NCBI GenBank assembly: GCA_965205265.1 | Contig: CBDBGH010000003.1 | Location: 2,656,001-2,720,000, forward strand | Length of the DNA stretch: 64,000 bases | Reading direction: 5' to 3' | Source: Alphaproteobacteria bacterium | GTDB lineage: Bacteria; Pseudomonadota; Alphaproteobacteria; Bin95 | Shown here: in pieces, positions 45,462 to 57,737 of the stretch | How positions within the stretch are numbered: position 1 is the first letter of the stretch | Layout of the letters: every line of letters starts with the position of its first letter | Made by a program: the position numbers and the translations under genes | Notes under the pieces: model-generated | What the model was told of the DNA's origin: nothing | The model's input: only the letters and a program-made list of their open reading frames with translations | Database searches by the model: none

Positions 45462-46652
45462 TCAGACCACGCCCTTCCGGGCCAGTTCGGCGATCTCCTC
45501 CGGCGAAAGGCCGAGGGCGCCATAGACGGCCGCGTTGGCCTCGCCGAGCGCGGGGCCGAGCCGTTCCACCCGGCCCGGCGTGCGGGAGAGCTTCGGTACG
45601 ACGCCGGGCACCGCGATTTCTCCCGTGTCCGCATCGTCGATCCGCAGGATCGCGTCGCGCGCAGCGAAATGCGGGTCGGCGAAGATTTCGTCCACGGCGT
45701 TGACGGGGCCGACCGGCACCTCCGCCGCAAGGCAGCGGTCCATCGCCTCGTCGCGGTCCATCGAGCCGAGCCAGGCCCCGACGGCCCCGTCCACAATCTC
45801 GCGCTCCGCCAGACGGGCAGGCGCCTCGCCGTAGCTCTGCTGCAGGTCGGGCCGCGCCATGGCGCCTGTCAGCCGCTCGAACATCTTGTCGCTGGTGCAG
45901 GCAATGGCGATCCAGCGCCCGTCTCCGCACTCGAAATGCCCGTGCGGGCAGGCATTGAGCGTGTTGGACCCCTCGCGGCCGCGTATCGTGCCCACGGCGT
46001 CATAGGCGGGCGCAAGCTCGTCGAGCACGCGGAACACCGGCTCGAAGAGCGCGAGGTCGATCACCTGGCCCCGGCCCGAGCGCTCCCGCTCGCGCAGCGC
46101 CATCAGCACGCCGAGCGCCCCGTACATGCCCGTCATGTAGTCGCCGAGCGAAGTCGAGCCCGGTGTCACGGGCGGGCCACCCGGAAAACCGGCGAGGTGG
46201 GTAAGCCCGCCGAAGGCATGAGCTATGCGGGCGAAGCCCGGCCGCTGGCGGTAGGGCCCGGTCTGGCCGTAGCCGGTGACCCGCAGCATTACAAGGCCCG
46301 GATTGGCGGCGGCCAGCTCCTCGTAGCCGAGGCCCCAGCGCTCCATCGTGCCGGGGCGGAAATTCTCGCACACCACATCGGCATCGGCCGCCAGCCGCCG
46401 GAACAGCTCCGCCCCCTCGGGCGCGCGCAGGTTGAGCGTGATCGAGCGCTTGTTGCGCGATTCGCTGAGCCAGGCGAGCGAGCTGTCGGCGCGGGCGCTC
46501 GGGGTGCCGTAGCGCCGCCAGGGATCGCCGGCGGGCTGCTCGATCTTGATGACCTCGGCGCCGAACTCGCCCAGAATGGTTGCCGCGTGAGGCCCCGCAA
46601 TGAAGGTTGCCGCATCCAGAATCCGGATGCCGTCCATCGGCCGTCCGCTCAT
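45462..46652 (-). CDS. CaiB/BaiF class III CoA transferase
   Basis: IAGP, GAEVIKIE, RNKRSITLNL, ENFRPG, GYGQTGP. Confidence 0.94.
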   Translation of the reverse strand: MSGRPMDGIRILDAATFIAGPHAATILGEFGAEVIKIEQPAGDPWRRYGTPSARADSSLAWLSESRNKRSITLNLRAPEGAELFRRLAADADVVCENFRPGTMERWGLGYEELAAANPGLVMLRVTGYGQTGPYRQRPGFARIAHAFGGLTHLAGFPGGPPVTPGSTSLGDYMTGMYGALGVLMALRERERSGRGQVIDLALFEPVFRVLDELAPAYDAVGTIRGREGSNTLNACPHGHFECGDGRWIAIACTSDKMFERLTGAMARPDLQQSYGEAPARLAEREIVDGAVGAWLGSMDRDEAMDRCLAAEVPVGPVNAVDEIFADPHFAARDAILRIDDADTGEIAVPGVVPKLSRTPGRVERLGPALGEANAAVYGALGLSPEEIAELARKGVV

Positions 46653-46722
46653 TCCCCTTTTACCTCCGCTTCCAACCGGCGCGGCTTTATAGCAGGCGCA
46701 TGAGCGGATAGAGTGGCGCACC

Positions 46723-48480
46723 ATGTTCACCACGCGCCCCGAACTGCTCGGCACCTTCGGCGTAACCGCCTCGACGCACTGGCTGGCGTCGGCTACCGCC
46801 ATGGCCGTGCTGGAAGAAGGCGGCAACGCCTTCGATGCAGCGGTCGCAGCCGGCTTCGCGCTGCAGGTGGTCGAGCCGCATCTGAACGGCCCCGGGGGCG
46901 ACATGCCGGCGCTCATCTGGAGCGCGGCCAAGCAGCGGTTGCGAGTCGTCTGCGGACAAGGACCGGCGCCCGCGGCCGCAACCATCGACGCCTTTCGCGG
47001 CCTCGGCCTCGACATCGTGCCGGGAACCGGCCTGCTTGCGACCTGTGTGCCGGGCGCTGTCGATGGCTGGCTGCTGATCGCGCGCGATTACGGAACGATG
47101 GAACTCTCGCGACTGCTGCGCCCGGCCATCGAATTCGCCGGCGGCGGCTATCCGCTTGTAGGCCATGCGGTGGCGACCATCGCTTCGGTGGAGGCGCTGT
47201 TCCGCGACGAGTGGCCGACCTCGGCCGCTGTCTATCTGCCGGGCGGCAGGCTGCCCGAGGCCGGGAAGCTGTTCCGCAACCCGGCGCTTGCCCGGACCTG
47301 GACGCGGCTTGTCGAAGAAGCGGAAGCCGCCGGAGGGTCGCGGGAGGACCGGATCGAGGCCGCGCGGCGCATCTTTCAGCAGGGCTTCGTAGCGGAAGCG
47401 ATTGCCGATTTCGCGGCCGGCAACGAAGTCATGGACAGCTCGGGCCGGCGCCATCGCGGCCTGCTCGCCGGCGACGACATGGCGAACTGGCGGGCGAGTT
47501 ACGAGAAGCCGCTGACCTACGACTACGGGCGCTACCGGGTCGCGAAGGCGGGGCCCTGGTCGCAGGCGCCGGTGTTCCTCCAGCAACTGGCGCTGCTCAA
47601 GGAATTCGACCTCGAGAGCATGGACCCACTCGGCGCCGATTTCGCCCATGTCGTCACCGAATGCGCGAAGCTTGCCTTCGCCGACCGCGAGGCCTTTTAC
47701 GGCGACCCGGCCCATGTCGATGTGCCGATGGAGCGCCTCTTGTCCGACGACTACAATGACGCGCGCCGCGCGCTTGTCGGCGCGGAAGCCAGCCGGGAGC
47801 TCAAGCCGGGCGCGGTGGATGGTTTCGCTTCGACCGTGCGGGTCGGTGAGCGGCGCGGATCGACCGCGGGAGCGGGCGAGCCCACCATGGCGCTCGCCGA
47901 AGGCGACACCTGCCATCTCGACGTGATCGACCGCTGGGGCAATATGGTCTCCGCGACGCCTTCCGGCGGCTGGCTGCAAAGCTCGCCCGTCATCCCGGCG
48001 CTCGGCTTCTGTCTCGGTTCGCGGATGCAGATGTTCTGGCTCGAGGAAGGCCTGCCCGGCTCGCTCGCGCCGGGGAAGCGGCCCCGCACCACGCTCAGCC
48101 CTTCATTCGCCTTCCGCGACGGCGAGCCCTGGATGGCCTTCGGCACGCCGGGCGGCGACGGGCAGGACCAGTGGTCGCTGATCTTCTTCCTGCGCCATGT
48201 CCACCACGGCATGAACCTCCAGGCGGCGATCGACGCGCCGACCTTCCAGAGCCACCATTTCCCGTCGTCGTTCTATCCGCGCCAGGCCGATCCCGGTCGA
48301 CTCGCCGTGGAGGAACGCCTGCCCGGGGAAACCGTCGCCGAACTGGCCCGGCGCGGCCACGATGTCGAAGTTATCGGCCCATGGAGCATCGGGCGGATCA
48401 GCGCCTGCGCGAGAGAGGACGGCCTGTTGAAGGCGGCAGCCAATCCCCGCCTTATGCAGGGCTACGCGGCCGGCCGGTGA
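46723..48480 (+). CDS. Gamma-glutamyltransferase family protein
   Basis: GGNAFDAAVA, EPHLNGPGGD, DTCHLDVID (Thr nucleophile), PGKRPRTTL, GTPGGD.Q. Confidence 0.94.
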   Translation: MFTTRPELLGTFGVTASTHWLASATAMAVLEEGGNAFDAAVAAGFALQVVEPHLNGPGGDMPALIWSAAKQRLRVVCGQGPAPAAATIDAFRGLGLDIVPGTGLLATCVPGAVDGWLLIARDYGTMELSRLLRPAIEFAGGGYPLVGHAVATIASVEALFRDEWPTSAAVYLPGGRLPEAGKLFRNPALARTWTRLVEEAEAAGGSREDRIEAARRIFQQGFVAEAIADFAAGNEVMDSSGRRHRGLLAGDDMANWRASYEKPLTYDYGRYRVAKAGPWSQAPVFLQQLALLKEFDLESMDPLGADFAHVVTECAKLAFADREAFYGDPAHVDVPMERLLSDDYNDARRALVGAEASRELKPGAVDGFASTVRVGERRGSTAGAGEPTMALAEGDTCHLDVIDRWGNMVSATPSGGWLQSSPVIPALGFCLGSRMQMFWLEEGLPGSLAPGKRPRTTLSPSFAFRDGEPWMAFGTPGGDGQDQWSLIFFLRHVHHGMNLQAAIDAPTFQSHHFPSSFYPRQADPGRLAVEERLPGETVAELARRGHDVEVIGPWSIGRISACAREDGLLKAAANPRLMQGYAAGR

Positions 48481-50660
48481 AGGCGCTCCGGGCCCTTCTT
48501 CTGTTGAGCCTGGTCGCAGGCTCCGGCGCGGCGGCGGAGCCTGCCGCCAATACGGGGCGCGAACCCTTCGTCTTCCAGGCGGACCGGATCGATTTCGACC
48601 ACGAGCGCAATCTCGTGGCGGCCACCGGCGATGTCGAACTCGCCCGCGAAGGACGCATTCTGCGCGCGGACCGGATCGTCCTCGACCGCAATGCCGGCAT
48701 TGCGCGCGCGGACGGGAACGTCACCCTGATCGAACCGGACGGCGAGGTGCTGTTCGCCGATTCGGTGGAGCTTACGGACGATCTCAGGGACGGCTTCGTC
48801 GAGCAGTTCAAGGCCCGGCTCGGTACCGGTTCGCGGCTGGCGGCAAGCTCGGGCCAATTGCAGGACGGAACGCGCGCCGAGCTTAACCAGGCTGTGTATT
48901 CCGCCTGCGAGCCCTGCGCCGACGAGCCGTCCGAAGCGCCGGTCTGGCAGGTCAAGGCCCGCCGCGTCACCCATGACAGGGTCGAGCAGCAGGTGACCTA
49001 CAGGGGCGCCGTGCTGGAGATGTGGGGCGTGCCGGTGCTCTACAGCCCCTATCTCAGCCATCCCGACCCGGACGTGACCCGCAAGAGCGGCTTCCTGACG
49101 CCGACGGTCGGGCATCGCAGCGATCTCGGCGCCCGCATCGAAACGCCCTGGTTCTGGAATATCGGGCCGGACCGGGACGCAACCTTCACCCCGATCGTCG
49201 CCAGCGAGCGCGGCTTCATAGGCGCGGGCGAATACCGGCAATTGTTCGACCGGGGGCGCCTCGAGCTTTCCGGCAGTCTTGCGACGCTCGACAAGGAACC
49301 GAAGGAACGGGCCGGAAGCGGGCCGCGCGGGCATGTCCGCCTCAAGGGCGAGTCGCATGCCGGCGACGACTGGCGGCTCCGGGGCGAGTTCTACCGCACC
49401 TCGGACGACGGCTATCTCGACCTGGTCGGGCTGGACAACAGCGAGACATTGCCCAGCTTCGCGGAAGCGGAGGGCTTCTTCGACCGGGCCTATGCGCGGG
49501 TCGGCATGTTCGATGTGCAGGAATTGCGCAGCGGCATTTCCGGGGACGAGTCCCCGTTGGCGGCGCCCGAGTTCCTCTATGAATGGCAGGACGCTCCCTC
49601 TCCGGACGGCGCCTGGTCGCTGCGCGCCGCCGGCGCCGCCCTGCACCGCCGCCGGGACGACGAGAACCAGCGCGTGACGCTCGAAGGCGGCTGGCGGCTG
49701 GAGCGCTTCACCGACGGCGGCCACCGGCTTGAAGTCGGCGCCGGCCTGCGGGGCGATTTCGCGCATGGGGACCTCGTGCGCGAAAACACGGCCGCCGACG
49801 ACAACAATGCCCGCCTGTTGCCGCGGGCCTCGGCCGGCTGGAGCTACCTGCTGGCCGGCGGGATGGAAGACCTGCAGATGACGGTCGAGCCCAGGGCCCA
49901 GCTGGTGCTGGGCCGCAACAGCGCCGATGCCGACGAATTCCCCATGGAGGACCGCCAGGCCGTCGAGTTCGAATTCGACAACCTGTTCGCCCTCAACCGG
50001 TTTCCGGGACTGGACGGCGCGGAGACCGGCCAGCGCATCGATTACGGGGTGCAGACCAGCCTTCACGGCGCCGGCGACTGGCATGTGGATGCGGGCATAG
50101 GACAAAGCCGGCGCCGGAAGGCGAACCGGGATGCACCCGAGGATTCCGGGCTCGATACCGCCGTGTCCGATATCGTGGGCCGGGTCAGCCTGACGGCCGG
50201 GGAAATGACCGCGCTCGGCTACCGCTTCCGCCTCGACAAGGACGACCTCACCGCCCGGCAGACCGCGCTCGACCTGTCCGTGAACCTGGACCCGCTGTAT
50301 TTCGATGCCCGCTACGCAAGGGCCGTCGGCGTGGCCGACCCTTTGGACGAGGAGGACGATGAGGAGGACAAGAAGGCCGGGGAGGAGCGCGAGCAGGTCG
50401 ATATCGGCCTCCGCTCGAAACTGGACGCGAACTGGTCGGTCCTGAGCCGTTACAGGCGGGACCTCGATACCGGGCGCTCGCTGCTCGGCGGCCTCGGCCT
50501 GAAATACGAGGACGAGTGCCTGCTGTTCGAGGCCGCTTTCGAGCGCGAATACAAGGTTGCCGGCGGCGATCCGGACAACCGGGTCTCGGTCCGCCTCGTC
50601 TTCCGGGACCTCGGCAGCCTTCCCGGAACGCAGGGCGTGCTGCCCGGCGGCCGGTCATGA
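48477..50660 (+). CDS. lptD: LPS assembly protein LptD
   Basis: Signal peptide; OstA-like N-domain (ADRI, A.GNV), YSACEPC...P.W, RKSGFL.P, LFALNRFPGLD, YEDEC. Confidence 0.9.
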   Translation: MKALRALLLLSLVAGSGAAAEPAANTGREPFVFQADRIDFDHERNLVAATGDVELAREGRILRADRIVLDRNAGIARADGNVTLIEPDGEVLFADSVELTDDLRDGFVEQFKARLGTGSRLAASSGQLQDGTRAELNQAVYSACEPCADEPSEAPVWQVKARRVTHDRVEQQVTYRGAVLEMWGVPVLYSPYLSHPDPDVTRKSGFLTPTVGHRSDLGARIETPWFWNIGPDRDATFTPIVASERGFIGAGEYRQLFDRGRLELSGSLATLDKEPKERAGSGPRGHVRLKGESHAGDDWRLRGEFYRTSDDGYLDLVGLDNSETLPSFAEAEGFFDRAYARVGMFDVQELRSGISGDESPLAAPEFLYEWQDAPSPDGAWSLRAAGAALHRRRDDENQRVTLEGGWRLERFTDGGHRLEVGAGLRGDFAHGDLVRENTAADDNNARLLPRASAGWSYLLAGGMEDLQMTVEPRAQLVLGRNSADADEFPMEDRQAVEFEFDNLFALNRFPGLDGAETGQRIDYGVQTSLHGAGDWHVDAGIGQSRRRKANRDAPEDSGLDTAVSDIVGRVSLTAGEMTALGYRFRLDKDDLTARQTALDLSVNLDPLYFDARYARAVGVADPLDEEDDEEDKKAGEEREQVDIGLRSKLDANWSVLSRYRRDLDTGRSLLGGLGLKYEDECLLFEAAFEREYKVAGGDPDNRVSVRLVFRDLGSLPGTQGVLPGGRS

Positions 50661-50706
50661 CGATGCCTGCGCCGGGTGTGCTGGCGCATGATCTGTCCGG
50701 GCGGCG

Positions 50707-51912
50707 TCAGACAGCGCCGGCGTCGCGCAATTCGCGAATCTCTCCCGCTGAATAGCCGATTTCGGCGAGGATCTCGTCGCTGTCTGCGCCGTGCTCCGGC
50801 GGCGGGCGCGCCGTGCCGGGGCCGTCGGTATCGGCAAGGAAGGCCGGGTTGACGGTATAGACGTCGCGCCCGATGCCGGCCGGCCCCGGACGGCGTTCGA
50901 CGAAGCGGCGCTCGGCCAGCGCCGGATGGGCGAGCGCCTGCGAAATATCGTTGATCGGCGCCGCGGGAACGCCCTCGGCCGCGAGGCGCTTCTCCCAGCC
51001 CTCCGGCGTGTCGTCCGCGAACGCCTCCTCCAGCGCCGCCCGCAGCGCGCCCTGGTTCGCCTTGCGCGCCTCGTTGTCGGCGAAGCGCGGGTCGGCGGCG
51101 AGGTCCGGCCGGTCCAGCGCCCGGCAGAGGCCCTGCCACTGGCGCTCGGTCAGGCAGGTCATCAGGATCGAGCCGTCGCGCACGCGGAAGGAGTCCGCCG
51201 TGGGAATGCGCGCCGGCGAGGAGTTGCCGACCGGCCGGGCCAGGCTTCCGGTGGTCAGGTAGTCGATCAGCAGCGGGGCGAGCATGGACAGCGACGACTC
51301 GAACATCGTCACGTCCAGGCGCTGGCCCTCGCCCGTCGCCTTCTGGCGGTAGAGCGCCGAGGCGCAGGCGAAGGCGGCGGTGATGCCGGTGGAGAGATCG
51401 ACCGCGGTGAAGCCCGCCCTGACGGGCCCCGTCTCGGGATGGCCGGTAACCGACATCATGCCCGACGCCGCCTGGATGGCGCCGTCATAGGCGGGCGCCC
51501 CGGCATAGGCGCCGGTCTGCCCGTAGCCCGAGATCGAACAGAAGACGAGGCCCGGCCGGACCTCCTTCAACGCCTCGTAGCCGAAGCCCAGCCGGTCCAT
51601 GGTGCCGGCCTTGAAATTCTCCACCACGATGTTCGCCCCGGCGACGAGGCGGTGCACCACCTCGCGGGCACGGGGATGCTTGAGGTCGAGCGTCAGCGCC
51701 CGCTTGCCGGCGTTGATCGACAGGAACATCGGCGACATGCCGACGCGCCCGAGATCGTTGTCGCCGATCAGGTAGCGGCCCTGGTCACCGCCCGACCGCT
51801 GCTCCAGCTTGATGACATCGGCGCCCATCATCGCCAGATGCTGGGTGCAGAACGGGCCGGCGATCACCTGCGTGAAGTCGATCACCCGCACCCCGTCGAA
51901 TGCCTTCGCCAT
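50707..51912 (-). CDS. CaiB/BaiF class III CoA transferase
   Basis: DFTQVIAGP, GADVIKLE, NAGKR, ENFKAG, SGYGQTG, AYD. Confidence 0.94.
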   Translation of the reverse strand: MAKAFDGVRVIDFTQVIAGPFCTQHLAMMGADVIKLEQRSGGDQGRYLIGDNDLGRVGMSPMFLSINAGKRALTLDLKHPRAREVVHRLVAGANIVVENFKAGTMDRLGFGYEALKEVRPGLVFCSISGYGQTGAYAGAPAYDGAIQAASGMMSVTGHPETGPVRAGFTAVDLSTGITAAFACASALYRQKATGEGQRLDVTMFESSLSMLAPLLIDYLTTGSLARPVGNSSPARIPTADSFRVRDGSILMTCLTERQWQGLCRALDRPDLAADPRFADNEARKANQGALRAALEEAFADDTPEGWEKRLAAEGVPAAPINDISQALAHPALAERRFVERRPGPAGIGRDVYTVNPAFLADTDGPGTARPPPEHGADSDEILAEIGYSAGEIRELRDAGAV

Positions 51913-52009
51913 GGCCTGCCCTTCCCCCTCTTGCTGCGGCAATTCTAGCGGCTGACGGCCGGTTGCGGAATCCGGCAGACTTGGGGGCCCCGCAAGTCAG
52001 GAACGCCTC

Positions 52010-52681
52010 ATGCGACCGCGCGACGCCGCCACGCTGATTCTCTACCGCCGCAGGGCGGAGGAAATCGAGGTGCTGATGGGGCGCCGGTCTCCCCGGCACG
52101 CCTTCATGCCCAACACCTTCGTGTTTCCCGGCGGCCGGGTCGATCCCGAGGACGGGCGCATAGCCCCGCTGGCGGACCTGCGCGAACCGGTGCTGGAACG
52201 CCTGCAGCGCAACGCCACGGCAAGGCGCTCCCGGGCGCTCGGCCTTGCGGCGGTCCGCGAGGCATTCGAGGAAACCGGCCTCGCCGTCGGCATGCCGCAT
52301 GGCGGCGCGGCGGACATGGACCGCATCCCGGCTTCCTGGCATCCCTTCTACGAGACCGGCCTCGCGCCCAGGCTCGACGTGCTGGACTATGTGTTCCGGG
52401 CGATCACGCCGCGCGGCGACGTGCGGCGCTTCCATGCGCGCTTCTTCCTCGCCGACAGCCGCCATGCCCGGGGCGCGCTCGGCGGCAGCGGCGAGCTTCA
52501 GGACCTGCAATGGATCGCGATAGACCGCGCGGTCGCGATGCCCACCACGCCCGGCGTCACCGCGAGGGCGCTGGAGGAAGTGCGCAGCCGCACGGCCGGC
52601 GCCCTTGTCCCCGGCGCGGCCCCTCCCGTTCCCCTCTATCACGGCACCCGCTACGGCGACCGGGTGCGCCTCGACCCCTGA
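52010..52681 (+). CDS. NUDIX hydrolase
   Basis: PRDAATLIL, FVFPGGRVD, AAVREAFEETG, RRFHARFF. Confidence 0.92.
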   Translation: MRPRDAATLILYRRRAEEIEVLMGRRSPRHAFMPNTFVFPGGRVDPEDGRIAPLADLREPVLERLQRNATARRSRALGLAAVREAFEETGLAVGMPHGGAADMDRIPASWHPFYETGLAPRLDVLDYVFRAITPRGDVRRFHARFFLADSRHARGALGGSGELQDLQWIAIDRAVAMPTTPGVTARALEEVRSRTAGALVPGAAPPVPLYHGTRYGDRVRLDP

Positions 52682-52708
52682 CCCCCGCAAAGGAGCCCCG
52701 CCGGTCCC

Positions 52709-53392
52709 ATGTTGATCGAACAGCGCAGCTACGACTTCCACCCCGGCCTCATGGACGCCTGGCTCGAGGTTTACGGCCGGCTCGGCATGCCCGCCTCGGA
52801 CCGCCATATGGGCCCGAGCCTCGGCTGCTTCACCACCGTGATCGGGCCGGTCAACCGCTTCGTCTTCCTGCGCGGCTACGATGACATCGACGCCCGCGAC
52901 ACGGGCCAGGCGGCGCGGGCGAAGGACCCCGAGTGGCAGGAGTTCCTGAAGGAAGCGCGCGCGCTCGGGGCGCTGAAATACCAGGAGAGCAAGTTCCTCC
53001 GCCCGACCGCCTTCTCGCCCGTGCAAAGCGAGGCCGACCTGCCGTGGACGCGCACCCTTCCCGGCACGGGCATGATCGTCGATCACCGCACCTACGACAT
53101 GCATCCCGGCAAGGGCGGCGCCTGGCTCGACGCCTACCGCGATGTCGGCCTCGCCGTGCAGCGCCGCCATCTGGGCCAGCTGCTCCTGTTCGCCACGACC
53201 GAGGTCGGCCCGATCAACCAGGCCGTCTTCATGTGGGCCTATGAGAGCATCGGCGACCGCGAACGCCGGCGGGCCGGCATGGAACAGGACCCGGGCTGGG
53301 CCGCCTTCCGCCTGCGCCACCAGCCGTTCCTCGCACTCAAGCAGCAGACGAACCAGCTCCTGGAGCCGGCGGCCTTCTCGCCCGTCCGCTGA
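52709..53392 (+). CDS. Tandem-domain NIPSNAP family protein
   Basis: Two copies of (E/D)xR(S/T)YD.HPG...G.FTT..GP.N...D..W...L.P..FSP. Confidence 0.88.
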   Translation: MLIEQRSYDFHPGLMDAWLEVYGRLGMPASDRHMGPSLGCFTTVIGPVNRFVFLRGYDDIDARDTGQAARAKDPEWQEFLKEARALGALKYQESKFLRPTAFSPVQSEADLPWTRTLPGTGMIVDHRTYDMHPGKGGAWLDAYRDVGLAVQRRHLGQLLLFATTEVGPINQAVFMWAYESIGDRERRRAGMEQDPGWAAFRLRHQPFLALKQQTNQLLEPAAFSPVR

Positions 53393-53420
53393 ACGGCGGG
53401 TCCCGGAGGCCTGCCCCGCG

Positions 53421-53482
53421 GATGTCATGAGATGTCATGGTCCACTCCAGCCATGCGTCATGAGATGTCATGGGGTGTCATG
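53421..53482. repeat. Short GTCATG-core repeats with ~10-bp period
   Basis: GATGTCATGA GATGTCATGG ... GTCATGAGATGTCATGGGGTGTCATG. Confidence 0.6.
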
Positions 53483-53633
53483 TTCTGCATGCGCATGGGG
53501 CATATGCCGCCGTCGGTCCGGGCATGAAGCCGTCCGCCCCTCGATCTCATCCGCCTGCCCTCACCGTCGCCCCGGACGCCCTCCTCCGTCATGCCCGAAC
53601 ACCGTCCCTGCGCCACGCCCGCACGCTCCCCTC

Positions 53634-53721
53634 CGTCATGCCCGGACTTGTTCCGGGCATCTCCCTCAAGCGCTTCCACCGGGCGGCCGCATGGATGCCC
53701 GGAACGAGTCCGGGCATGACG
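53634..53721. repeat. CGTC-type REP-like inverted doublet
   Basis: CGTCATGCCCGGACTTGTTCCGGGCATC (53634-53661) and its near-perfect reverse complement GATGCCCGGAACGAGTCCGGGCATGACG (53694-53721); each arm is itself a hairpin. Confidence 0.85.
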
Positions 53722-53916
53722 ATATGAGGGCATGACGATGAAGAGGGACTGCGGCGCGTCAATCAAGCTGAGACGTTTGCGTCAATCAGGATGAGACGGG
53801 GGAAGGCGGCGGCCTGGAACGCAGGGAGGGCGTAGCCCGACCGGAGTTCCGGGCCGCCGGCTCGAAAAATTTCCCCCGGGCCTTCTGGCGGCCAGGGCCG
53901 GCCGGGCGAACGGTGA

Positions 53917-56285
<2,369 letters not shown>

Positions 56286-56612
56286 GCCGCCGCCTGCTCA
56301 GGTAGAGCGGCCACGACAATCAGGGCCCGCGGGGATCGTCTCCGCGCGCCGTCTCTTCTCCGACCCGACGGCCTGCCGCGACAATCAAAACCATTCCCGA
56401 AAACACTGTTTGTCGCGCCGCGACAATCAAAACCGGAAACCGCTTGCAATCCACCCCCCGCGCGGCAATCATCAACTCGCCGCTGCCGCCGGGAATCTCA
56501 TCCTGATTGACGCGCAGCTCTCACCCAGATTGTCGCGCCATAAGGGACGGCGCGCCGGGCGGAAGAGGCTCCATACCCCGATCGAAGCCATGCGGGCTTC
56601 GAAACCGGGACA

Positions 56613-57209
56613 CTACCGCCCGTCCGCACCCCCGCCCGCAGCGGCGGCTTCCCTTGCGGCGAGTTCTGCGGCCTCGCGGCGTTCCTGGCGGGCGAGCCAG
56701 TCGTAGAACGCGGGCGTGGTCAGCTTGCCCACATACTGGCGCTCGCCGAAGTTGTAGTAGTCCTCGCTGCCGTCGTAACTGTCCTCGTCCGGCACCAGCG
56801 GCCCGAAGCGGCGCTCCTGCTCCGCATGCCAGGCCCGGAACTCCGGCGTCTGCTGGCTGCCGACATAGACCTCGTCGAAATAGTGGTATTCGTCCTCGCT
56901 GCCGTCATAGCCGGTCTCCGGTTCCGGCTCCGGAACCCAGTCGTCGAGATCGTCCGCCGGCTCTTCGGCAGTCACCTGTTCCGGCTCGGGCATGCGGGCG
57001 GCGGCCCAGTCGAGGAGGTTGAGGAGCTGGCGCAGATGGGAGAGCGCGGCGCGTCCGGCGCGGTGACGGTCGGCAAGGGCGCGGTCGTCCTCCGGCGGCG
57101 GCGCTGCGCCCATGTCCTGGGCATAAGCTTCGGCAAGGGCTGCGGCGGCGGGCGCCAGCTTTTCGGCCAGCATCGCCGCCAGTTCGGGTCGGGGGTCGAT
57201 TGCGGTCAT
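56613..57209 (-). CDS. Hypothetical protein: helical N-terminal domain plus a duplicated acidic C-terminal motif
   Basis: AGGAGGAG RBS before ATG at 57209; host-like codon usage; two YDGSED...YVG...TP.F..W...QERR repeats. Confidence 0.7.
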   Translation of the reverse strand: MTAIDPRPELAAMLAEKLAPAAAALAEAYAQDMGAAPPPEDDRALADRHRAGRAALSHLRQLLNLLDWAAARMPEPEQVTAEEPADDLDDWVPEPEPETGYDGSEDEYHYFDEVYVGSQQTPEFRAWHAEQERRFGPLVPDEDSYDGSEDYYNFGERQYVGKLTTPAFYDWLARQERREAAELAAREAAAAGGGADGR

Positions 57210-57441
57210 CGTCTCTCCTCCTGCGACGGGGCGCGGGTCCCTGTTTCGCGCGTATCCCGCGCGGGCGCCTGTGCCGGCGCGGGCGGGCGTTACGCGGCGG
57301 CGCGGTTCGCGTGCCTGATTGCGCGCGCGAGGCGGAGGGCGCACCTCTCCCGTCGGCTTCTCACGGGTTTTCAGAAACTGGCGCCGCTCGGCCGCGCGGC
57401 ACCCGGGGGAGGCGGCTCCGGAGTCCGCTTCCCTGGGGACC

Positions 57442-57510
57442 ATCATACCACAATCCGCCAGATGTCAAGATCAAAATAAGAACAAAAAGCAAAAATAACA
57501 GAAATTATAC
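57442..57510 (-). promoter_or_regulatory. Sigma70-like promoter with an AT-rich upstream tract
   Basis: Minus strand TTGACA (57468-57463), 15 bp, extended TGG-TATGAT (57447-57442); strongly AT-rich segment upstream. Confidence 0.55.
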
Positions 57511-57737
57511 CAGCGGCTACAAGCAAGAACCCACGAGCCTTTGCCGTCGTCCCGGACGGCGCGTCGACAGCCTGCCCCGGACCTCGATCCGGGACCACCC
57601 GCGGCAGGCGCAACGCCGAAGGAGGACCGGGGCGCCTCCCGCTTTCGCGAGGGCAGGCGGCGGGGCGCGGTCTCCATGGCCGCAACCCGGCACCGCCGGT
57701 ATTATTCAGATATGCGAATGAAGCCCGGCCTCCTGCC

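Noticed and set aside
53421-53740. Possible CRISPR array
   Set aside because: Repeats are short, irregular or inverted, with no unique spacers and no cas genes
57478-57500. Alphaproteobacterial LexA box (GAAC-N7-GAAC)
   Set aside because: Only one GAAC half-site; the second position reads AAAA
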